From: Candidatus Poribacteria bacterium
Lineage (GTDB): Bacteria > Poribacteria > WGA-4E > WGA-3G
DNA: 64,000 bases
Assembly: GCA_965198235.1 (NCBI GenBank)
Contig: OZ240248.1
Coordinates: 256,001 to 320,000, forward strand
Reading direction: 5' to 3'
The notes under the pieces are model-generated. The model saw nothing but the letters and a program-made list of their open reading frames with translations. It made no database searches and was not told the origin of the DNA. Below are positions 49,071-59,847 of this stretch, one piece after another; position 1 is the first letter of the stretch; each line of letters starts with the position of its first letter. The translations under genes and the position numbers were made by a program.

Positions 49071-51077
49071 ATGGGCAAAAATAGCGGCATGGAACACCAT
49101 CCAGTCGGTGACGAGGGTAACGTGCTTTCCACACGAACCCAATATCAAACCGAATGGACGAAAAGGGCGTTGATTATCGGCATCGCCTTGGCTGTCTTAG
49201 AGTGTTTGATCGCGCCCTACAACGATTTTGTCATTCGTAACACTTTTCTGGCAGGTGGTCATTTTCCACTTGCCCCATTTTTTGTTCTGACCGCCTTGGC
49301 TCTGGTTGTTAATTCTATCCTAAGATGCCTACATCCGAAACTCGCGCTCTCCGCTCAAGAACTCGTCGTTATCTGGTGTATTATGATTGCCGTCGCGGGG
49401 ATCCCCTCCTCCGGAATGATGCGAGACGCGTTGTCCGCTTTCGCGGCTTACAACTATTTTGTTACCCCAGAGAACGAGTGGCGATCGCTTTTCTTTCAAT
49501 ATATCCCCGAATGGCGTGTCGTGCGAGATGAGGGCGCGATCGTTTCCTTCTATGAAGGCTTATCCGTCGGCGAGAGGATTCCTTGGGGCGCGTGGTTGAA
49601 ACCGCTCTCCGTGTGGGCGTTGTATGTTTTTACCGCCTATTTTGTTATGGTGTGCCTCGCAGTGATACTCCGAAAACAGTGGGTCGAATATGAGAAATGC
49701 ACGTTTCCACTCGTTCAACTGCCTGTAGAGATCTCCGTTCATCGGTCAGGCATTGTCAATTCATTCTTCAAAAGCAGAAAAATGTGGCTCGGATTCGCTA
49801 TACCGGCGTTTATTCACACCCTGAACGGGCTTCACGCGTATTTCCCGACCCTCCCACACATCCCCGTCCGATTTTGGCTCGACCCGTTTCTCGTCGGCAG
49901 ACCGCTCAACGCCTTGAGACCCTTTCAGATTGTCGTATTGATGTCGATGGTCGGATTTAGTTACCTTCTCACACTTGAGGTAGCGTTCAGCCTCTGGTTT
50001 TTCTTTCTATTTTTCAAACTACAATGTCTCATCGGCAGTATGCTCGGTTTTCTCATAACGAAGGGTCCGGGGGTAAAATGGACAGCGTATTCGTTCAGTG
50101 CGGCGCAGGAAGCCGGTGCGTGTTTGACGCTTGCCGGTTTTGCACTCTTCAAAGCAAGGCGGCATATCAAGCAACTGTTTTTAAGCGGTTTTGGACGCAG
50201 TTCTCCTCAATCTGACACCCAGAACGAACCGATGCCCGCTGGGTTGACGGTCTTTGGGCTGATCGGGGGCTTGCTCCTCTTGATATACCTGAGCGTCCTG
50301 ATGGGAATGTCCCTCGGATTTGCGGTACTCTTTGTAATCTTTTCAGTTGGCGTGTTTGTCGCCTTGACATGGCAGATTATTAACGGGGGTATCCCTTTTA
50401 TCAATCCCTCATTTTCCCCGCAAAGCTTCTTCCTCACAACACTTGGAACGGCACACATGACCCCTTCAACGACAACGTGGCTGTTCATGCAACCCACCGG
50501 CTTAACCTCACATCTGAGAGAGTTTATGATGCCGAATGTGATGAATGGACTCAAGGCAGCGGATACGGTTAGAGCCAATCGGCGCAAACTCCTCATGGCG
50601 ATGGGATTGGCAATGGTGCTCGGATTGCTTGTTTCATATTATTCCGTGCTGAAAGTCAGTTATCAACACGGTGCATTACACGTGCACACGGGCGGTAGCG
50701 GCGGGGTGCGCTGGTTGAGTGCCGTCCTTAACAGCCCTCCGATGGGAACCGACTGGACGAATACCGGTTTTACACTTTTCGGCAGTGCGTTTACAATTGG
50801 ATTGATGTGGATGAGAAAAGTATTTGTGTGGTGGCCCCTCCACCCGATCGGATACACGATGCTAAGTTCCTGGGCATCGTTTAAGTTATGGTTCTCTATC
50901 CTACTCGGTTATCTGCTGAAATACGGTGTTGTGAAATACGGGGGACTCAGAGCGTATAGAGAGGCACGTCCGCTGTTTCTTGGATTGATCCTCGGTGAGA
51001 TGACATGCGCCGGACTCTGGTCGATCGTTGGGATGATAACCGGCGTTCAAACCGGCTATCGTATCTTGCTGGATTGA
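49071..51077 (+). CDS. DUF6785/DUF6784-like polytopic membrane protein
   Basis: Paralog of 39387-41348 (TPENEW, RKQW..YEK..FP..QLP, WWPLHP, PLFLGLILGE); start uncertain. Confidence 0.7.
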   Translation: MGKNSGMEHHPVGDEGNVLSTRTQYQTEWTKRALIIGIALAVLECLIAPYNDFVIRNTFLAGGHFPLAPFFVLTALALVVNSILRCLHPKLALSAQELVVIWCIMIAVAGIPSSGMMRDALSAFAAYNYFVTPENEWRSLFFQYIPEWRVVRDEGAIVSFYEGLSVGERIPWGAWLKPLSVWALYVFTAYFVMVCLAVILRKQWVEYEKCTFPLVQLPVEISVHRSGIVNSFFKSRKMWLGFAIPAFIHTLNGLHAYFPTLPHIPVRFWLDPFLVGRPLNALRPFQIVVLMSMVGFSYLLTLEVAFSLWFFFLFFKLQCLIGSMLGFLITKGPGVKWTAYSFSAAQEAGACLTLAGFALFKARRHIKQLFLSGFGRSSPQSDTQNEPMPAGLTVFGLIGGLLLLIYLSVLMGMSLGFAVLFVIFSVGVFVALTWQIINGGIPFINPSFSPQSFFLTTLGTAHMTPSTTTWLFMQPTGLTSHLREFMMPNVMNGLKAADTVRANRRKLLMAMGLAMVLGLLVSYYSVLKVSYQHGALHVHTGGSGGVRWLSAVLNSPPMGTDWTNTGFTLFGSAFTIGLMWMRKVFVWWPLHPIGYTMLSSWASFKLWFSILLGYLLKYGVVKYGGLRAYREARPLFLGLILGEMTCAGLWSIVGMITGVQTGYRILLD

Positions 51078-51127
51078 GATATGAAAGGTTCGTAGACGTG
51101 TGGAAATCCACACAAAGGAAGGTGAGT

Positions 51128-52618
51128 ATGCGTACGTATGATGATTTTTTAATGGAGTCGTATCAACTTAGAGAAAAGATGGTCGCCGATAAATTGCGAC
51201 CGAAATACCACTTCTTACCACCACACGGTCGTTGGAACGACATCAATGGCGCGACCTTCTTCAACGGCAGATACCATCTCGGCTACCTACAAAAGATAAG
51301 AAACGGTCCCGATGAGAGAGACTTTTCGAGTTGGCAGCACATTTCAAGTCGGGATCTGTTGCATTGGACCTATCACACGGCGTACCTCGACGAACCACTC
51401 GAAGGAAAGAAAGGCGATTATTTTAATAGCGGCGACGTCATGGACGGGATGGAAATCCCGACGATTATCACCAACATGCCCAGAAGAGGGATCTGTATTT
51501 ACCAATGTCACGATGCTGATCTCTCGCACTGGACACCGTTGGCGGAGAATCCAGTGATTCCAATCGATACAGACGAATTTCCCGAATGCGTGATCTTCGA
51601 TCCGAGTGGCTGGAAAGAGGGTGACACCTACTACGCCCTAATCGGCAATAAAAACCATCGCCCCGGCTACGAAGGCGACTCGACAAGCCTGTTTAAGTCG
51701 AAAGACCTCAAGCAATGGACTTACATCGGTCCGTTCTATAAATCCTCGCGCAGATGGACAGCAGAGGTTGAAGATTGCGCCTGCTCCGACTTCTTCCGCT
51801 TCGGGGAGAAATGGATGCTGCTGATGCACACCCATCACCCCTTTAACAAATGCCAGTATTACATCGGGCACTACGAAAATGAGACCTTCCATCCCGAAAT
51901 TAATGGACAACTTAGCCATCGCGGTAGTATGCTCTCTGGTCCCGAAACGCTCATCGACGATAAGGGCAGATGCCTCTTTTGGGGATGGATCGGCGATGCC
52001 CGAGACGCGGACGAATATGGGTGGAACAGCATTATGACGCTGCCTTGGCACCTGAAACCGACATCGGATAACCGTCTAAATATCGAACCGGCTTCAGAAT
52101 TACAATCACTGAGATACAACCCATTTCAGGTCGGAGATCTGTTTTTAGAAGCGGATCAGGAGATTACTGTTGAAGGACTTGCTTCGGATTGTATGGAGCT
52201 GAAACTGACGATAGAGCCACATTCCGCGCATCGATTTGGGGTGAAACTGTTCTGTTCGCCAGATCTCGAGGAGGAGACGGTAATTCATTACGATGCGGAG
52301 CAGCAAGCCTTTGTTGTCGATTTTGAAAATGCAAGTACCGACAGAACGCTCTCATACCGGTGTGGGCGTGAGGTCCTAAAGTCTGGAGGGTTCAAACAAA
52401 CCGTGCCTTTCGCACTCGGAGGCGACCAAGCACTTGAACTGGATATTTTCGTTGACAGATCGGTAATTGAAATTTTTGTCAATGCTGAGGTGTGCATTGT
52501 CCAGCGGGTTTACCCGATGCGACCTGATAGTAAAGAAGTCCGACTCTTTAGCGAAGATGGACGGATTGCGGTCAGAAATATCGTCAAATGGGAGATGGAC
52601 GCAACCAACCCGTGGTAG
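51128..52618 (+). CDS. Glycoside hydrolase family 32-like protein
   Basis: RPKYHF, WNDING, W.H..S.DLLHW, FDP and C-terminal DRSVIEIF motifs. Confidence 0.85.
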   Translation: MRTYDDFLMESYQLREKMVADKLRPKYHFLPPHGRWNDINGATFFNGRYHLGYLQKIRNGPDERDFSSWQHISSRDLLHWTYHTAYLDEPLEGKKGDYFNSGDVMDGMEIPTIITNMPRRGICIYQCHDADLSHWTPLAENPVIPIDTDEFPECVIFDPSGWKEGDTYYALIGNKNHRPGYEGDSTSLFKSKDLKQWTYIGPFYKSSRRWTAEVEDCACSDFFRFGEKWMLLMHTHHPFNKCQYYIGHYENETFHPEINGQLSHRGSMLSGPETLIDDKGRCLFWGWIGDARDADEYGWNSIMTLPWHLKPTSDNRLNIEPASELQSLRYNPFQVGDLFLEADQEITVEGLASDCMELKLTIEPHSAHRFGVKLFCSPDLEEETVIHYDAEQQAFVVDFENASTDRTLSYRCGREVLKSGGFKQTVPFALGGDQALELDIFVDRSVIEIFVNAEVCIVQRVYPMRPDSKEVRLFSEDGRIAVRNIVKWEMDATNPW

Positions 52619-52619
52619 A

Positions 52620-53510
52620 TTACAGTATCCGCCCTTTGGGTATCTGCGAGTTCGGATACCATCGAGAATCGGAAGGCGGTGCTGGTTCGGGAGGTTGCAT
52701 GGAAGCAAACTCAGCCAACTTAGGTCGGATCTCGTCTTCCCAAATCCCTTCGACATCATCAAACGTGAGTGGCATGTGATTCGACACTTCCGCTTTATAT
52801 GCCGATAGCAACTCCCGCGTCTTTTCACCAAAATGTGCCACGATATCTGTCACCATCTGTTCCCCGACGCGACGACTGGAGGACTCGTTGAAATCGCCCA
52901 TTGCAAAATCAGGTGTGCGTGCATCATCCGTCGGCATCCGCGACATATCCACACAGTCGGGTGCGACTGCCCAAAGCACGGACGTTTCACCGCGTCCGGC
53001 GTGTCCGCCCAATCCTTTACCATCCTCGAAACGCTCGATATCCGCACCGATACTCATCGTCGAATACATCCGAACACCCACATGGGCTTGCATAATCTCA
53101 ATTACCACCGGCACGTCTAACCGATGGGGGCCCGAATGCCCGGAAAACAGAATTGCGCCGTGAAAACCCAAGGCATCCACCGCTCGAATGTGATAGCACA
53201 TATTCTTCAAAAACATCCAAGGCGGTATTGCTGTGAGCCACGGTCGCTCTTGATTAACTTGATTGTGCCCCCATGCACCGTAGCCACCAATCTCATGGCA
53301 GTGCCAATAAAACGGTGGTGCTACAATCCCACCGTGTGCTCTCGCCGCCTGACAGGAACATTCGTGTGCCCGAATCGCGTCCATTCCCACTGCATTGTGC
53401 CAACCGTGTGGTTCGCACAACCCATAAGGTAGATACACCATTGGACGCGCCTCTAACGCCGCTTCTAACTCATCTGGGAACATCCGTTCCCACCGCACCT
53501 CATGTCTCAT
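52620..53510 (-). CDS. Creatininase family protein
   Basis: G..EPHG.H...G.D, SGH and HAG..ETS motifs. Confidence 0.82.
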   Translation of the reverse strand: MRHEVRWERMFPDELEAALEARPMVYLPYGLCEPHGWHNAVGMDAIRAHECSCQAARAHGGIVAPPFYWHCHEIGGYGAWGHNQVNQERPWLTAIPPWMFLKNMCYHIRAVDALGFHGAILFSGHSGPHRLDVPVVIEIMQAHVGVRMYSTMSIGADIERFEDGKGLGGHAGRGETSVLWAVAPDCVDMSRMPTDDARTPDFAMGDFNESSSRRVGEQMVTDIVAHFGEKTRELLSAYKAEVSNHMPLTFDDVEGIWEDEIRPKLAEFASMQPPEPAPPSDSRWYPNSQIPKGRIL

Positions 53511-53700
53511 ATAATACCCCTTTCCGATCATTTGTGGAACTTTCTAAAATCCCATTTCAATTTAACCTAAAACGCGTTTGCATAAATCTATTGAATGTGC
53601 GATAATGTCAAGAGTCTAACAGATTTTTAAACTTGATGTCCACTCATTTTTATTACGGTCAGTCAGCTTTCTGAACCCGTAGATTACGGAGGAAAACCCA

Positions 53701-54510
53701 ATGATGCGTCTAATATTAATTGCCTTCAGTATCCTGTGCTGCTTTGCCATGCTTGTGAGACACAGCGATGCTGAAATCGACCCGACAACTGCCGTTGGCG
53801 TGTGGCTCTTTAATGAGACCGACGGTGACACAGCACACGACTCCTCTGAAAACGGCAATGATGGCACACTAAAGGGTGATCCGAACTGGGTCCCCGATGG
53901 CAAATTTGGCAATGCACTGGAATTGGATGGTGCAGGTGATTATGTCAGCGTCCCTGACCATGAAACTTTAGATACCAAAATCAGTGAGGTATTCTCAATC
54001 GTCATCTGGGTTCAAGGCACTTACAGACCCAACGATTGGCACGGGTTAGTGACAAAAGCACAGGGATGGCGAGTCGATATGTGTTACCTGTTGCAACGGG
54101 CTGCTAATGGCAAATTCGAGTTTGCGCTTTTTGGAGAAGGCGGCAACGACAGCTGGACAGCATCCGACATCAACCCAGAAGATGACACATGGTATCATGT
54201 GGCTGCTGTCTATACCGGCAAAGAAGCACAGATTTACGTTGATGGCGTGCTTGCTGGCACGCGTGTTTTTTCTGCGGAGATTGCCGACACGAATGCGCCT
54301 GTGGTCATTGGAACTAATTACCCAAACGGCATTCAGCCAGTGGATGGTCTTATCGACGAGGCTGCGATTTTTAGTGTTGCTCTGGAAGAAGAGGATATCA
54401 ACGCCATAATGAACGATGGCTTGGAAGAGACACTCGGTATACTGGCTGTCGAACCTTCAGACAAATTGGCTTTGACTTGGGGCGACTTAAAAGTCGGTAA
54501 TGATAAATAA
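53701..54510 (+). CDS. Exported LamG protein
   Basis: Signal peptide; WLFNE, WYHVAAVY, IYVDG, IDEAAIF; tail AVEPSDKLALTWGDLK. Confidence 0.85.
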   Translation: MMRLILIAFSILCCFAMLVRHSDAEIDPTTAVGVWLFNETDGDTAHDSSENGNDGTLKGDPNWVPDGKFGNALELDGAGDYVSVPDHETLDTKISEVFSIVIWVQGTYRPNDWHGLVTKAQGWRVDMCYLLQRAANGKFEFALFGEGGNDSWTASDINPEDDTWYHVAAVYTGKEAQIYVDGVLAGTRVFSAEIADTNAPVVIGTNYPNGIQPVDGLIDEAAIFSVALEEEDINAIMNDGLEETLGILAVEPSDKLALTWGDLKVGNDK

Positions 54511-54577
54511 TGCCTCCGCTGATTTGATGACGGATCCGCTGGTACAATCCGGTGCGACACAAAGGTGTTTTTTTATT

Positions 54578-54630
54578 TCTGCTATCACTGACCATTCATA
54601 GATTTCGTACTGGAACGGTCAGTGATAGCA
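54578..54630. terminator. 18-bp-stem hairpin between convergent genes
   Basis: tgctatcactgaccattc / gaacggtcagtgatagca. Confidence 0.55.
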
Positions 54631-54659
54631 TACAATCCAGGATTCAGCCGACAGACGTG

Positions 54660-56402
54660 TTACGCCTGCTTTTCACCGGGTTTTCGCCGATGCTTTGATG
54701 CATAACTATCCCCTTCTGGATCGTACGAAACGGACACTTGTCCATCCTGCACAGCCAGTCGCGGTACAGTCCGGTGCCGACCATCCCGTTCGGGTCCTCG
54801 CATCACAGCGAATTGTGCCTCGGTCATATCTTCAACCATATCGCCCCAGCGCTCTTGCGGATCAATCACTCCACCGCCCCAATTGGTATTTTTCGACTGA
54901 TACTTAATCAGTACTCCGCGTCTGGGAACTGGATTCTTCCACGCCAAGGCACCGTGTGTACAACCGCCGTCCATAAAAAAGAGCACATCGCCAGCCTTCA
55001 TAACGGGTTGTACCACTAAACCCATGGTATCATCACACGTCCGAATCCCGGGAGGCGTGGGGTACTGGGTCTTGTGAGAGCCGGGCACACATGCGAAACC
55101 GCCCAAGCCCGTTTCAACATCGCGCAGTTGCCATGTAATGGTAACGGTTTCAGCATAACTACGCCCGTTCTTAAAATAATAACCGCGTGATGGGCTCATC
55201 GGTTCGTTTCCATCGTGGAGCGAGTGTCCCGATGTTCCGTGAACAGCACAGAACACGGTCGCGCCACTTGTGCGATAGCCGCTACCTCCCATCCAGTTCA
55301 GTCGGTGTACCACAGCAGGATGAGCAATCATACGCCGAAAGGGTGCGTTATACGGTGCTGGCAGGTCCAACAAACCCGATAGGAGCGGGCGACCTGTGCC
55401 AGCCTGACTTATCGACCCGCGAGCTAATTCCTCGCCTACGACGATGCGATCTTGGAATTTATCCACCGTCTCGTTGGCTTCTGCAAGCCACTGCTCATCC
55501 ATTATGCCGCGCACCACCAGATACCCATTCAGATCCCAAAAGTAAAACTCTTTCTCATCAATTCCCGAATCTGGGTCGCGGGTATAAATTGATGGGTGAA
55601 TAACAGACGTGTCCTCCTCCACCCACGTCTTTTCGCCATTCGTATTCAACGCCGGCGGCGGATTTGACCCCTTAAACCCAGGGATATACATGACCGCCTT
55701 TTGCTCAGGAGTCGCTTCCTCCGCCCATCCGGGCAAAGATTCGGTTTCTGAGTGAGGTCCAACAGGATTAGACTGAACTGCCGCACGTGCCGTATACCGG
55801 TAAGTCAACAACCGTTTCGGCGCGTTTTTCCCCGGTCGAACGCCTTGGAGCGTAGATGTAGCGACGAAAAAGAGGTCCCCTGCCTTTAGTTCCGGCTGCA
55901 CCACCACACCCATATCGTCGACACCTGTCGCCAAGTCGAGAGGCGTTTCTACGTTGCTCTTATGGCTCGCCTGAACAACGACCAATCCACCGTCTCCTTG
56001 TGCGACATCTTCTAATACCCAGACTGCCTTCACACCCTGCGAGCTTCTCCGACCATTTTGTTGGAAGTATGCTTGGGACGGATTTCTCGGTTCATCACCG
56101 CCAACGAGTGCTGGACCCATTTCACTCTCTCGATTCCCCAACAATTGAGGGGCTTGATCCAGTCGGAAACCGTGTCCGATGAGTTGGTTCAAATACCACA
56201 CCAGTTTAGGGTGTACCAGTAGGTCGCGGAACAATTCGCGGTGCGGACTGTCTCCACCTAACAGTGCCTCATTCTCTCCAACGGCATCCAATGCCGCGTT
56301 GAGTACCGCTACCTCTTCTTGATTGAGGACACCCGGAACGTGTAGGTAGCCTGCCACATCAAAAGCATAGTTCTCTTCATTACTCATAACGTCGGTATCC
56401 AT
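54660..56402 (-). CDS. Tandem two-domain PhyH family protein
   Basis: Two repeats of FD..GYL...HP...GG...SHK...AGD. Confidence 0.82.
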   Translation of the reverse strand: MDTDVMSNEENYAFDVAGYLHVPGVLNQEEVAVLNAALDAVGENEALLGGDSPHRELFRDLLVHPKLVWYLNQLIGHGFRLDQAPQLLGNRESEMGPALVGGDEPRNPSQAYFQQNGRRSSQGVKAVWVLEDVAQGDGGLVVVQASHKSNVETPLDLATGVDDMGVVVQPELKAGDLFFVATSTLQGVRPGKNAPKRLLTYRYTARAAVQSNPVGPHSETESLPGWAEEATPEQKAVMYIPGFKGSNPPPALNTNGEKTWVEEDTSVIHPSIYTRDPDSGIDEKEFYFWDLNGYLVVRGIMDEQWLAEANETVDKFQDRIVVGEELARGSISQAGTGRPLLSGLLDLPAPYNAPFRRMIAHPAVVHRLNWMGGSGYRTSGATVFCAVHGTSGHSLHDGNEPMSPSRGYYFKNGRSYAETVTITWQLRDVETGLGGFACVPGSHKTQYPTPPGIRTCDDTMGLVVQPVMKAGDVLFFMDGGCTHGALAWKNPVPRRGVLIKYQSKNTNWGGGVIDPQERWGDMVEDMTEAQFAVMRGPERDGRHRTVPRLAVQDGQVSVSYDPEGDSYASKHRRKPGEKQA

Positions 56403-56454
56403 TTGTTTCTCCTGTTATCGGTGGCGAACGCAACCAACTCGTATGAGCGTGTCG

Positions 56455-57879
56455 CTATAAACACCACACATACGGACCGGGACCTGTCCGGCAAACCATC
56501 TCGGCGATCTGCAGGCGCATCTGTGCGATGCGATTTTCGTGTTCGGGGCGATTGGCAACATTTCGCATTTCGTCCGGGTCTGTCTTTAGGTCGTACAGTT
56601 CATCAATATCAAAGCGGTTCCGAATATACTTCCAGTGACCGTCGATAATCATCACATGCGCTGCAAGTTCTTCTGGTTCGTTCGCGTCGTGATAAATCGC
56701 ATTGAGACTGGCGATTTCAGCGAAGATGGGTTGACGTTTGGGCTCTTGCCCGTTCAAAATCGCCTCCGCAACGGAACGCCCATCAATTGGCGTTTCTGGG
56801 ACTTGATCTGCGAAACTCAGTAAAGTCGGCATCAGATCCACGCCCGCCAGAGGGGTCGTGACGCGAAAACCGGACGGCAAATGGTTCTGCCATGAGAGCA
56901 GACACGGCACACGTACCGACCCCTCATACATCAAACACTTCTCAGTGTAGCCGTGGTCGCCGAGCAATTCGCCGTGATCACTCATAAAAGCGACAACTGT
57001 ATTTGTTCCTTCAAGCGCATTTAATAGACGTCCGACTTGGTCGTCGATGTGTGTGATGAGGGCGTAGTAGTAAGTCATCATTCGGCGGAATTCAGCCTCA
57101 GTGACCGTGGAAGGGATGCGGAATTTTCCTCGCTTTTGAAATTCGGGCTTCCCATCGAGCGGGTCGCGCAACGAGGGAGGTAGCGGCATATCTTCTTCGC
57201 GATAGTGCTCCAGAAGGTCCGGCGGCACCAAGACAAGAGGGTGTGGGTCTTTGATACTCGCAAATAGGAAGAACGGGGCATCCTCTTGCTGCTGAACAAA
57301 TTCGAGCGAACGATCGATTGTCCACGTTGTGCGTTGCTGTCGAGGATCTGTGATTGTGCCGAATGCCAAGATATTTCCGTACTGCGTCATTCCCGGTGCA
57401 TCTGAGAGATAGAGGTTTTCAACCCCTTCCGTTTCAAAATAATCAAAGAGTGGGTCTGGATAGTCACCAAGATAACGATAGGTACACCAAAAATCGGAAA
57501 ATCCGTGTTGTGGGCGATGGTCGCCCCCCAAATGCCACGGTCCGACGATACCACAACGATAGCCAGCCCGTTTGAGCACATCGCCAATAGTGGTCCGGTC
57601 GTGAGGCAGGTAGCCGCCGAACTCACCCATTCTTTTGGGTCCGTAATTTCGCAGTTGTAAGTGGGCATGTGGATAGAGTCCAGTCAACCAACTTGCGCGT
57701 GCAGGTGAGCAGACCGGCGATGCACAGTAAGCGTTTTCAAAGCGGACACCATTCGCCGCCAGCCGATCCAGATGGGGTGTTTGAACGACCGGGCTACCCG
57801 CGAACCCGGCAGCGTCCCACCGCATCTGATCACACATAATGAGTACGATATTGGGTCGAGATGTCGTCGTGCTACCCAT
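56455..57879 (-). CDS. Sulfatase
   Basis: DQMR, CSPARAS.LTG and SDHGE motifs; start set at MGSTT. Confidence 0.9.
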   Translation of the reverse strand: MGSTTTSRPNIVLIMCDQMRWDAAGFAGSPVVQTPHLDRLAANGVRFENAYCASPVCSPARASWLTGLYPHAHLQLRNYGPKRMGEFGGYLPHDRTTIGDVLKRAGYRCGIVGPWHLGGDHRPQHGFSDFWCTYRYLGDYPDPLFDYFETEGVENLYLSDAPGMTQYGNILAFGTITDPRQQRTTWTIDRSLEFVQQQEDAPFFLFASIKDPHPLVLVPPDLLEHYREEDMPLPPSLRDPLDGKPEFQKRGKFRIPSTVTEAEFRRMMTYYYALITHIDDQVGRLLNALEGTNTVVAFMSDHGELLGDHGYTEKCLMYEGSVRVPCLLSWQNHLPSGFRVTTPLAGVDLMPTLLSFADQVPETPIDGRSVAEAILNGQEPKRQPIFAEIASLNAIYHDANEPEELAAHVMIIDGHWKYIRNRFDIDELYDLKTDPDEMRNVANRPEHENRIAQMRLQIAEMVCRTGPGPYVWCL

Positions 57880-57989
57880 TTTTTTTAATTTTACCTTGCG
57901 GTTCGGTGAGGTGAGTTGAATGAACGACGATCCTCTCCGTATATCCGCCTGCACCGTTTTTGGTGTCCAAAAATTTTGGATGCTATCTA

Positions 57990-58382
57990 TTACGGAGCGA
58001 AACTCGATCGCAGTTTGATGCCCCAGCGTCCCGCTTCGTGGGTTAAGACATAGAGCGACTCGTAGGCGGCAATGACTGTGCCATCGGCGCGATAGCGTGT
58101 GAATTGTGTGTCAACATGGACTTTGGACGCTGTGGCATGGACAATGTTACGTCTGTCCCAACCGCTATGGTGCCAGCCCCTTGCGGTCAGGTTCTTTCTT
58201 ATTCTCTCCACATCCTGCTCACCCGGTTTGTTGAGGATTCGCATGTTGCCAGAAGCGAGGCGGTAGTGCGGAAAGTGAAACGTTTTTTCCCATGCAACTA
58301 TATCGAGACGATTAAATGCCTCCATCCACGTGTCAAGAACTTCTATGATTTCAGCTTCGATTTTTTCTTTCATTGTTTTCAC
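57990..58382 (-). CDS. NTF2/SnoaL-like hypothetical protein
   Basis: FTRYRADG...SLYVLT...WGI pattern. Confidence 0.6.
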   Translation of the reverse strand: MKTMKEKIEAEIIEVLDTWMEAFNRLDIVAWEKTFHFPHYRLASGNMRILNKPGEQDVERIRKNLTARGWHHSGWDRRNIVHATASKVHVDTQFTRYRADGTVIAAYESLYVLTHEAGRWGIKLRSSFAP

Positions 58383-58484
58383 CTCAAATAGATGTTACCA
58401 AACGTCCGCTATTCTATCACAAATCTCCTATGCATGCAAGTGGACAATTCTTGACGAAAGTTAGGGTATCAATACGGCGACCAA

Positions 58485-59624
58485 TCATCGCTGACTCTCT
58501 TTGATAGCGCGTTCAAAGGTGCAGAGTAGATCTCGGATATCCTGACGTAATATGGTTGGGTTCACAGTAAGCATGATACATCCGGCGTGATCGCCATCTG
58601 GAGGGGATACAGATACTGAATGCTCCTCAAGCGTCTTGACGAAACGCGTACTATTAACATCTGATGCTAACTTCAGTGGAAACATATTAGAACCATGCTC
58701 AAAACGTTCAACAGTGATACTCTCCAGCGCGTTGATTTTATCAAAAAGTGCTCTTGTCTGTGTCATAGCACGATTGAAACGCTCTTCAAACCCATCTATG
58801 CCCTGAAGTGCCAACGCTGCCGCAAAGTTTGCGGATGCCAACCCGCCCCCAAACAGACGACGGTCGTGATACAACCCGTCCGTGAACTCAGCCGTGCCTG
58901 CCAATATCGCCCCGAACGGTGCTCCAAAATATTTGTATAACGACACATACACTGTATCAAATAGCGCTGCATAATCAGTGGGCGGAATGCCGGTCGCGCC
59001 TGACATCATGTAGAGCCGTGCGCCATCAAGATGACTCCCAATCTGTTTGTCTCGGCAGTAGTCTGTTACCGCCTTCATTTCATCAAACGGCATAATTTTA
59101 CCCGATTGGCGGCGCACAGGGCTTTCGACCATCACTGCCCCAACCGGATTGATGACTCTTCCGCTTTCTGCCTGCTCTACTGCAGCTTTCAATGTTTCGA
59201 GTGTAAAATAGGGACACTCCTTCGCCAAGGGTATAAGGTTTATGTTACTGAGCCGCGTTACACAATCGCCACTGTCATTGTAGAGATGACTCTGCTCCTG
59301 AACTATCGCACGCGGTTTGATGCCACAGAGTTTTCGGATGGCAAGATGATTGGCGAGTGTACCAGTCGGCATAAAGATCGCCGCCGCCTTGCCCAACATT
59401 TCAGCGCATTTTTTCTCAAGTTGTTCGACATTGCCACCGAGGGAATAGGTATCCTCTTTAAGCGTAAATTTTTGGTCGAACTCAGCAAGCTGCTGTAGCA
59501 TCGTCGAAGGCGTTTTCGGTTCTCCGTCCCCACGAAAGATGACCGTGTTGCTCGGGAGAACATCAGGAATAGGAGTCGTATCTGATCGGAGTAATTGGGT
59601 AATATGGCGGTTTGTTGTTTGCAT
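58485..59624 (-). CDS. Threonine aldolase / beta-eliminating lyase family (PLP)
   Basis: FMPTGTLAN, HLDGARL and SLYKYFGAPFG motifs. Confidence 0.85.
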   Translation of the reverse strand: MQTTNRHITQLLRSDTTPIPDVLPSNTVIFRGDGEPKTPSTMLQQLAEFDQKFTLKEDTYSLGGNVEQLEKKCAEMLGKAAAIFMPTGTLANHLAIRKLCGIKPRAIVQEQSHLYNDSGDCVTRLSNINLIPLAKECPYFTLETLKAAVEQAESGRVINPVGAVMVESPVRRQSGKIMPFDEMKAVTDYCRDKQIGSHLDGARLYMMSGATGIPPTDYAALFDTVYVSLYKYFGAPFGAILAGTAEFTDGLYHDRRLFGGGLASANFAAALALQGIDGFEERFNRAMTQTRALFDKINALESITVERFEHGSNMFPLKLASDVNSTRFVKTLEEHSVSVSPPDGDHAGCIMLTVNPTILRQDIRDLLCTFERAIKESQR

Positions 59625-59659
59625 CAAAGTTGCCTCCTTCGTGTCGATTCTGCTCTCTT

Positions 59660-59785
59660 TATAGTAAAGCCCACAATTATTGGGACACTTCAAATTTGGA
59701 GATTTCGATGTATCTCTTACCCCCTGATAAGGGGGAAGGGGGGTTGACTTCTCAAAGTGTGCACGTATTTTTGGATTTTACTATA
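59660..59785. mobile_element. MITE with the same ends as 48879-49042
   Basis: tatagtaaagccca / tggattttactata; internal ccccctgataaggggg hairpin as in 9265-9366. Confidence 0.75.
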
Positions 59786-59847
59786 AGCGAGTTTTTGTAT
59801 CGGGATAGGAGTATGTTATAGGTAGTCTCTCTAACATAGTTCTAATA

